DNA of 59,830 bases, filler included, from Sphacelaria rigidula (lineage: Eukaryota): assembly GCA_964200075.2 (NCBI GenBank). It is 6 parts of 6 records of this genome, joined end to end, with 100 filler letters (N's around TTAATTAATTAA, not from the genome) between each part and the next. Parts side by side here need not be neighbours in the genome. Positions count along the whole stretch, not along the records: positions 49,944 to 59,830 come from CAXNAA020007552.1; 5 more parts are not named here. One strand, written 5' to 3'. The notes beneath the pieces are model-generated. The model ran no database searches, was not told where the DNA came from, and saw nothing but the letters and a program-made list of their open reading frames with translations. Shown here piece after piece: positions 52,817-59,830 of the stretch (position 1 is the stretch's first letter; every line of letters begins with the position of its first letter). A program made the position numbers and the translations under genes.

Positions 52817-53436
52817 GTGAGGAGCAACAGCCGGTACACATGTACCAAACGGCTCCTCTACGGCAGTGTTGTCATACACGGAAATTATACGCGATCTTTG
52901 TCCAGACATCGAGTACATTCGTACTACTTGCGAGGGCGACCACGATGTTTCGGCGCCTCCATTTGCGAAAATCCAATTGCTCCTTGATGCACCCTGAGTC
53001 TCGGTTACCAGATTACCATTAATGTAATACATTGCAACATCGAGTCGGTGGTACACCACAACCACCCACAGCAGTACTCCATGTACTATAATAATCTCTC
53101 GGGATATCTTGACCTGACATATCTTGGCATCGTTCACGCCACAAGTAGAAACAGACGGTCCACAGTCGACTTTTAGGTGCGTGTGTGAGACACGATCGAG
53201 GTCCGTCCGTCCTAATTGAATCCTGACCCTACTTTCGTTGTCATCGGCGCAACGTACGGTGCTGCAGACTGAATTTTGAGTCCCACACCTTTTAATTCCC
53301 CTGGACTTCACGCCTTGACCGCTTTCTCCATCCTCCCATCCAAACCTTCATATGCCGTTCGACATTTCAAATATTCTGTTTCCAAACATCCGTTTGCTGT
53401 TCTTTGTTTGCGGCGACTCTCATCTTGGACACGCAG

Positions 53437-53500
53437 ACATTGCCCCTTTGGCCATGTGGATGTGATGCGGGAATACAGACCAGCTGGGAGCGCCCCCAAG
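53437..53500 (+). CDS. Exon 2 of DUF5522 / PP-loop fusion gene
   Basis: Pyrimidine-rich acceptor ...acgcAG|A completes the Arg codon and gives HCPFGHVDVMREYRPAGSAPK, finishing the CCGxxCRHCPxGH motif. Donor AAG|GTCAGT (phase 0). Confidence 0.85.
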
Positions 53501-55541
53501 GTCAGTCGGTGCACCTCAAACTCTACAATGGTATCCTCTAACCCTCAACGGCCGGATGGCAGACGGGTGTATATGATACTGCACTCACTTTCCACCATCG
53601 TGAAACTGTAGAATCATTTTAAAAGCGAACCACACACTCGCCCTTTTTGATCCAAGTCGCACAGAACGGCGCTGTCAATGACAGGAGTCATGTCGATAGA
53701 CATATTTACATGGACAACATATTACAAGACGCGTCGTCATGGGCACCATCGTCCAAGATAAAAGCGGTGATCTCGTTCCCAAAGCGGTACTTCTACTTCG
53801 CGGCAATAGCCGAAACCCGCCGGACCGTCATCGTAGAGCGAAATAATCTATTAATAGCTTCAAAGACATCAAGAGGAAGTGTGTTGGGGAAGTTTGTGTA
53901 GTGTGTGTAATTTAGACGTCCATCGTGTTTCTACTTCGGTGCAAAAATTCTTGAGTTACAGGTCGTTGGAATCTACCCTACACTGACACACGACGGGGTG
54001 AAGTTGTCGGGATTCGCACGTGATGAACTCTGTTGGGACTGAGGCACAATCGCGAGTGGACTGAGAATTTCAGGGCATGTACGGAGTACGGGCGTGTGTG
54101 GCTTGATTTTCGGGCCCGAATACTCACGCGGTTGAGATTCCAACATCTTCGCAATTCGAGGGTTTCCCATGTGATCAGTGAGTTACATATCTTTGACCAC
54201 CACTGTGGATCATCTGGGTCTCACGTTCACTTGGAATATGATGCCCACATAACAGATGACGTAAACTGGCGGTCCAGAGTTTGAGGAGATGTAAATCTTG
54301 CGCATCGGAATTCACATATCTCCAGAGGGGGATTGGTTTCGAACGTGGGCAGGTGGAGTTTACCTCCCCATCCCCCCCCCCCCGTCTCGGCGTGCTGCAG
54401 GCGTTTACGCGTGACGGCCCGTGGTTTGGTGGCTTGACTAACTAGTGGCCGCAGCGTCCCAATATCTGTAGCTCAACTAACAGTCCCCCTTACAAGTGAC
54501 TTCAAAAACAGCACCTTGGGCGTTTGGGCCTTCATATTTCTGGTACGCGAGAATGAGCTTCCATGAACGGCCTTGTCCGAATAGTCGAGTTTATTCAGTA
54601 GTGTTTGTTGTAAGGCCACGGAACGGCACAACGAGGACATCTGCACCTCAGGGGCAGGGACGAGAGATGCTGAAAACAGCTAGTCGATAAGACTGTGATG
54701 GACGCAGTCGAGTCACTCATATCGCTCCAAAACCCCCTCTCTGTTTGCATCGTGATGTACCGTGAAAACTCATGTTCATACCGCGGAAATAATTTTCACC
54801 GCCGCCTTCCGACCATCTGCTGGCGAAAGAGCATCGTCGGACCCATGTCTTGGAGTATGCGCGAGTTCGTCATCGAATTTCCACGGTTGAGCTTTACTCG
54901 AATAAGATGAGTATTATCTTCTTCGGATTTTTCGTGGTATCGACGGTTTCATTTGGATTTTTCGTGGGGTTGACGGTCACAAGTGCTGCTAGCCTCCGCA
55001 GCTCGTGGTTCATCTCAAATCGGTGGCTGTGTCGAGGCACAGTTTACTTACGACACGCTCTTCGCCCCGCTCGCCCGGGGGTCCTCAGTATGCCTTGGGT
55101 TAGAGTAACGGTTGGGGTTAGTGCACACCGAGGGACCCTCCGTGTTCGGATATTGAAATTTGACGAAAAGCTCGCACAACCCGGGTTCCACGTCATTTAA
55201 CCCCCGTCACAAACATGAACCACGTCGGCGTGTGCATACCCTCGCCGAAAGTAAACCCAACACCCAGCAGCGTTTTTGTCCTGGAAATTGAAGATATAAC
55301 TCAATTTCCGGTGAAATAGTATTCGCATTTTACGTCAATCAAGATGAAACCCACCACACAATGGACAATCGCCTCTTCAGGGAGCAAGTCAAATGTCTAT
55401 TCAGGACACTTCGCTGCATTTTTTTTCATTCAAACATTGCGATTGGACATTTTTATACCAAGATGAGCCGTGGCTCGGCAGCATGATTTCACACCTGCAT
55501 TTGGCCGCTTCTCAAAGGGCCACAAGTACAAATCGAATAAT

Positions 55542-55699
55542 CCTTTGGGGACCGAACTCCCACAAATATGGTGTTCGCGCGCAGCGGCCGTTTTCTGAAT
55601 CGGCATAATTTCCAGTCGTTTTCAAGTAAAAATGATGCCGATTCATAACAAGGCCCCTGCGTGCAAACACCATGTTTCTGGGAGTCCGATCCCAAAAGG
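55542..55699. repeat. Intronic imperfect hairpin (stem of about 68 bp)
   Basis: CCTTTGGGGACCGAACTCCCACAAATATGGTGTT... pairs with ...AACACCATGTTTCTGGGAGTCCGATCCCAAAAGG. Confidence 0.75.
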
Positions 55700-56302
55700 T
55701 ATAAATGTACATATTTGACCTGTCGGCACCGTTCCTCACCTGAAGAAACGAGCCGGCGGACGGTACCACCTCGGAGGGGCTTGCTCCATGATCCACGAGA
55801 ATTCTGGCACCCTTCGATGGTTTTTGGTACGCGCGAGTGGGTCAGGGTTGAAAATCCCAGACCGTGCGAAGTTCCGGAAACCTTCGAAATACACAGAAGT
55901 AAGTACATGCCCGTTTGTCAATCACGAACGTTAGTTCGATTATGCCCCACTGGTTCTTGGACTCAGAGTCAGAGTGTGCGCACCGAAAATTGTCCAAGTG
56001 AGCAAGAATCCTCTCGGGTAGTGAAGCAAATTATTTCCAAGCGGCGCTTGTTCGCCTCACCGCCCCACCACGCAAAAAACGCTGTCGAAGGATCAAATGA
56101 TGCACTTGGGATGGATTCGTACGTTTGGTCCGGTAAGCAGTCTTATCGAGGCTTGTGCAACTTTGCAATACAAATTCGTTGGAGGTGACGTCCGGTCTAC
56201 GGAGGATCGTAAGCATATTCCATCCCGCGTGTCAACGAAGTGTATAAACTTCTCCGCTGCTGCCTCCACCCCTTCGTTTCGCTTTTTTTTTCCCCGGCCC
56301 AG

Positions 56303-56542
56303 ACGGCGATGCTCGGTCAGTTCAGGAAACGGAGGAAAGTCAAACTGACTGTGGGGGCGGCATGGAAATCGTTCAAAGACGACACGCCGCGAGATGTGCT
56401 GTTTTGGTCGGGAGGGAAAAAGTCTCTGCTGACACTTCGCGCTTTGCAGCAAGAGCAGAGGACGAATGGAGAGATGAGAAATATAACGCTGTTGACCACG
56501 TATGACAGCGGGTCTGGGAAAGTGCCTTTTCAGTGCGCCACG
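56303..56542 (+). CDS. Exon 3 of DUF5522 / PP-loop fusion gene (HUP-fold, Dph6/Diphthami_syn_2-like N-terminus); gene continues beyond the recognisable exons
   Basis: Poly-T/C tract then cccAG|ACG (phase 0, compatible with exon 2). 80 codons TAMLGQ...DVLFWSGGKKSLLTLRAL...NITLLTTYDSGSGKVPFQCAT. Donor ACG|GTGAGG. Confidence 0.8.
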
Positions 56543-57273
56543 GTGAGGAGATGTCACGTCCTGTATTATCGTCGGGTTTTCTCTTGTGTCGGCGCTATGG
56601 CCCTAATGGTACATGTGGTACTTTGCTAGAAATATGCAGGTTCCTACGGAACCCGTTTGTTTCCACCATTTTTCTGTGCCGGGAATGATGTGTCGAACGT
56701 TCCGCCTGACTGGGTTTCGAGCTAATATTTCAGTCGGTGAGTTACGAACCTGAATAGCGGTACGTCTTGGTCACATCGAGTTACCGTCGAATCGTTACTT
56801 TCAGCTTTTCGGACGTTACTTTCAGCTTTTGAACCTCCAGACTTCACCCCAACTTGAACGCTGAACGGGCGGACTTGTGGCGGCGGGGGGGGGGGGGGGG
56901 GGGGAGGGGGCGTACTCATTTGTTGCTTGCCTTGGTCGTGTGACCATTGACCACGCATCCCTTTCGAGACGGAGCAATCCGCAACGGTTCACAGAATGAA
57001 CACAACATACGAGGCACCTGCACATCTATACTACGCATTGGCTAAATCAAACCTGACTTCTGAAATGAAAACGGTGCAGTAAACCCAGAAAACCGTAGAC
57101 ATCTCCATCCTCGGCATGGCAAAGAAATACAGCAGTAAAGAAGCAACGACGAACGAGCAGGCCGGGGGGGGGGGGGGGGGGGAGAAAAGAAGGAAGAAAA
57201 AGCGGGGGTGGGGGGGAGGGGGGGGGNNNNNNNNNNCCGCAACAGCGGGGCGGGAAGAACAGGAAGGACGGAG

Positions 57274-57321
<48 letters not shown>

Positions 57322-57380
57322 TTTTGTGCTGATGAAGACGCGAGGTTTGTAGGGACTGCTGTGGCGCAAATGCCGCGGTC

Positions 57381-57580
57381 ATGATTGATTGATCGGCTGA
57401 TTGGTTCAACTGTTTGTAAAATACGTCACGAGATTGACGTACCCAAGGTAAAAAAAAACGAAGAAGAAACACTCTTGAAAGAAAGCTCGGACAAGAGGGA
57501 AACGAAAAAAAGATTGAGGAACGAGAAACGAAAATAAATAAGGAAATAGACGAAGAGCAGGAAAAAAGGGGAGGAAAACG
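57381..57580 (-). mobile_element. Related retroposon 3' end (subfamily)
   Basis: GACGTACCCAAG core, (ATTG)n tail and purine-rich extension on the + strand. Confidence 0.5.
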
Positions 57581-58767
57581 TCAGGAGAAGGTGGAGCAGA
57601 AATTACGCCCCTCGATCATTGCTCGTGCATGACCACCACCAACGGCATATTGCCGTATATGTGCAGCACAAGGGTAGCGGTGGAGGCGCCAGCTGTGAGT
57701 GTGATCGTGCATGAACAAAAATGTCAGCACACCCAGTGGAATAATGTGTGAGCAACAAATATGGTGCCTCCTCCCGTCACATCCGTGGTGCGAGGGTTCA
57801 GTATGACACGTATGACTGCAACTCCCGGTTATGCATGGTTCCTCCTGATAACTTTTTGACAATCGGCATCATTTTCAGTTGTGAATGGCTCTTCCTAAAG
57901 TCGTTTGGAATCCGAACGATATATATAGCGGATGATGATTGTTGGTGTGGACGTTCACCGGAGCACGGGGAAACGATAGATACCCTCACTTTTACCCAAT
58001 CCATCTTTCTTGAGATACGGTGCACGCAAGATTCCGTACTACAATCAATATATGAGGAGCAGAGGCACTAAATGCACTAATTCTGAATTTCGCATCTCAG
58101 TTTTTGAGAGTGATGCTCTGAAATTTGGTATGAAGAATCGCTATGGCATGATGGAAAAAAATCGACCTCGTAAGACTTTTCCTTTTTTTTTTTTACGTTT
58201 TTTCGTTTTTTTCGAGGCGTTATAAGGAAAAATAAACGTTGTTTTTGGCCCCCATCTCCGCTTTCCAGCTCAGTTCTTGGAATTGTGATGGGGAACTTAG
58301 CATGGAGGGTCCCAAATGCATCTCGGGGAAAAAAGGAGGCCGTCATTCCAGTTTTTGGGAAACTTCGGCCATTCTCTTGCACCGGTCTTCACTACAAAAA
58401 AACGTCATAAAAAAACAAAAAAAAAAGAGAGAGCATAGCTCATTTTGTCGAGTCATTATAGCTTCGCGAGGTCCCACACAAACTTTCAACACATACTCAC
58501 CAAACCTGGGCTGGAGAGCGGCCTGCAAAATACTCTTCCGAATTTTGACGGGCTCGGTTTCCAAATCGCCCCCCCTCACCTTGATTGTGAGAGTTGAGCC
58601 CACACATTTCAAATTTGGTACGAAGAATGAAAAGGACACAACAAAAGTATCGCGACGGGAAGTTTTTTCTTCTCCACGACTCGAAGGCGAAAATCACTTC
58701 TCAGTACAATGCCGTCAACTGACGAGAAAAAACTTGACGTCCCGATTTTTTTTTCCATCATGCCCTA

Positions 58768-59410
58768 CGAGCTGGGCCAGCGTAGATGCGGATTTGAAGT
58801 TTGCAGGCCCATGCTCTTTTGTACATTTAGAGTTAGACCCTGAAATTTGGTATGGACAGTGCATAGGGCATACAAAAAAAGTTACCTCGGTACCATTTTT
58901 TTTTTTTTTTTAAATGAAGGCATTTTACTAATACAAAACTGATTATTTCCCTTAACTCATGAAAAAAAAAAAACTTTTGGTACCGAGGTAATTTTTTTCG
59001 TGCTCTCTTCATTGTCCATACAAAATTTCAGGGTCCAATTCTAAATTTATAAAATAGCACGGGCCTACCAAGAACCGGGTCGGTAGAAATTCGGAACATT
59101 TTTTTCGCAGGCCACTCCCCGGCCCAAGTTTGGTTTTCGTGTATTGAAATTTTGTGTGGGCGCTCTCTAAGGCATAATTAACAAGAAGAAGTGGGTCAGG
59201 TTGATTTTTTTTTCCATTTTTTTCATTGGTGTTTGGTGAAGACTATTACTTCACTAGAACGCCCTAACCTCTATTGAAAAAGAAAATTAAAGCCTATTTT
59301 GTTTGGACACTCTTTTGTGGTTCTCCACACCAAAATTCGTCGCCAGCCGCTAAGTGCGTCGATCGGGAGTTTCATAGAGATTTTAGTATTGGCGCTACCT
59401 CCCTTAACCT
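58768..59410. mobile_element. Truncated copy of the same MITE, next to a related fragment (about 58070-58765)
   Basis: TA|CGAGCTGGGCCAGC start and colinearity with 48736-49390. Confidence 0.7.
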
Positions 59411-59474
59411 TTATAGGACTGAAGCTCACGAACACCACGTCACGGCGTGTTTGTAAAATAATAATAAACGAGTC

Positions 59475-59780
59475 TGGGAGTGACCTGTCCAATCAGGGCG
59501 AGGCGAAATTTATCGACCACACACGACGAACAGTGGGGGGGAGGCTGTTGCCGGGAGTGATGTCACTGCAAAGTTGGTGTACCCTGTCCCTGGCCCACAG
59601 AAAAGCCGTCGAAGCAAAACAAAGCCTACATTCTCGGGGGTCAGATTCCCGAATTTTTCATCACTTACTTACATTCTATGCAGGCTCGACCTCCCATCCC
59701 CCGAATTTTTGTTGGGTCACCATCCTAGAGTAAATCCTGGTTGATAGCACTAGCATGTCATGCTCGGGGGAAATTCCTGA
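59475..59780 (+). repeat. Dispersed repeat, homologous to 40455-40760
   Basis: Same shared block and flanks as 40455-40760. Confidence 0.8.
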
Positions 59781-59830
59781 TGTTGTTCGAAGAGAATTTG
59801 CCGCTTGCAACAGGAGGGAAATCGAGGCCC

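Noticed and set aside
53962..54041. Extra exon of the DUF5522 gene
   Set aside because: An acceptor-like TTACAG is present but the frame hits a stop, and exon 2 already joins exon 3 in phase; it cannot be supported without reads.
54694..55210. Solo LTR or TGT..ACA element
   Set aside because: It has TGTGA..TCACA ends, but the flanks (AAGAC / AACAT) do not form a convincing TSD and there is no second copy in the window.
56880..57320. Poly-Pro/poly-Gly proteins or G-quadruplex locus
   Set aside because: The ORFs arise from poly-G homopolymers next to an N gap; run lengths are unreliable and may be partly artefactual.
58239..58913. 224-aa ORF as a transposase
   Set aside because: It runs through non-coding MITE sequence with A/T homopolymers; there is no DDE or HTH motif.

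Overview
This is eukaryotic, intron-rich, repeat-dominated DNA. Its style (long introns, low-complexity Gly/Ser/Gln/Asp exons, abundant MITEs, poly-G tracts) suggests a stramenopile, probably a brown alga; this is an inference. The window is not one locus. It is six unlinked contigs (9890, 9889, 9888, 9888, 9888 and 9887 bp, sorted by length) joined by artificial 100-bp N-TTAATTAATTAA-N linkers, so nothing can be inferred across the joins. Two partial spliced genes are supportable. (i) A + strand gene (exons 52413-52816, 53437-53500, 56303-56542) encodes a DUF5522/C1orf53-like Cys/His domain fused to a PP-loop (HUP, Dph6-like) ATPase domain, whose SGGKDS motif reads SGGKKS. (ii) A - strand multi-exon gene (about 13.6-18.5 kb) encodes a low-complexity, probably disordered protein. 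The rest is decayed Ty3/Gypsy-like gag/pol relics, non-autonomous DNA transposons with diagnostic termini and TSDs (Tc1/mariner TA, PIF/Harbinger TWA, hAT 8 bp, piggyBac TTAA, TGT..ACA Ginger-like), LINE/SINE 3' ends with (CAAT)n tails, minisatellites and long hairpins. The most notable items are the DUF5522-PP-loop fusion with an altered catalytic motif, a MITE family whose internal hairpin arms change between copies but stay self-complementary, and several miRNA-like hairpins. Most of the listed short ORFs appear spurious. All family assignments come from motif recognition by eye, not from database searches.
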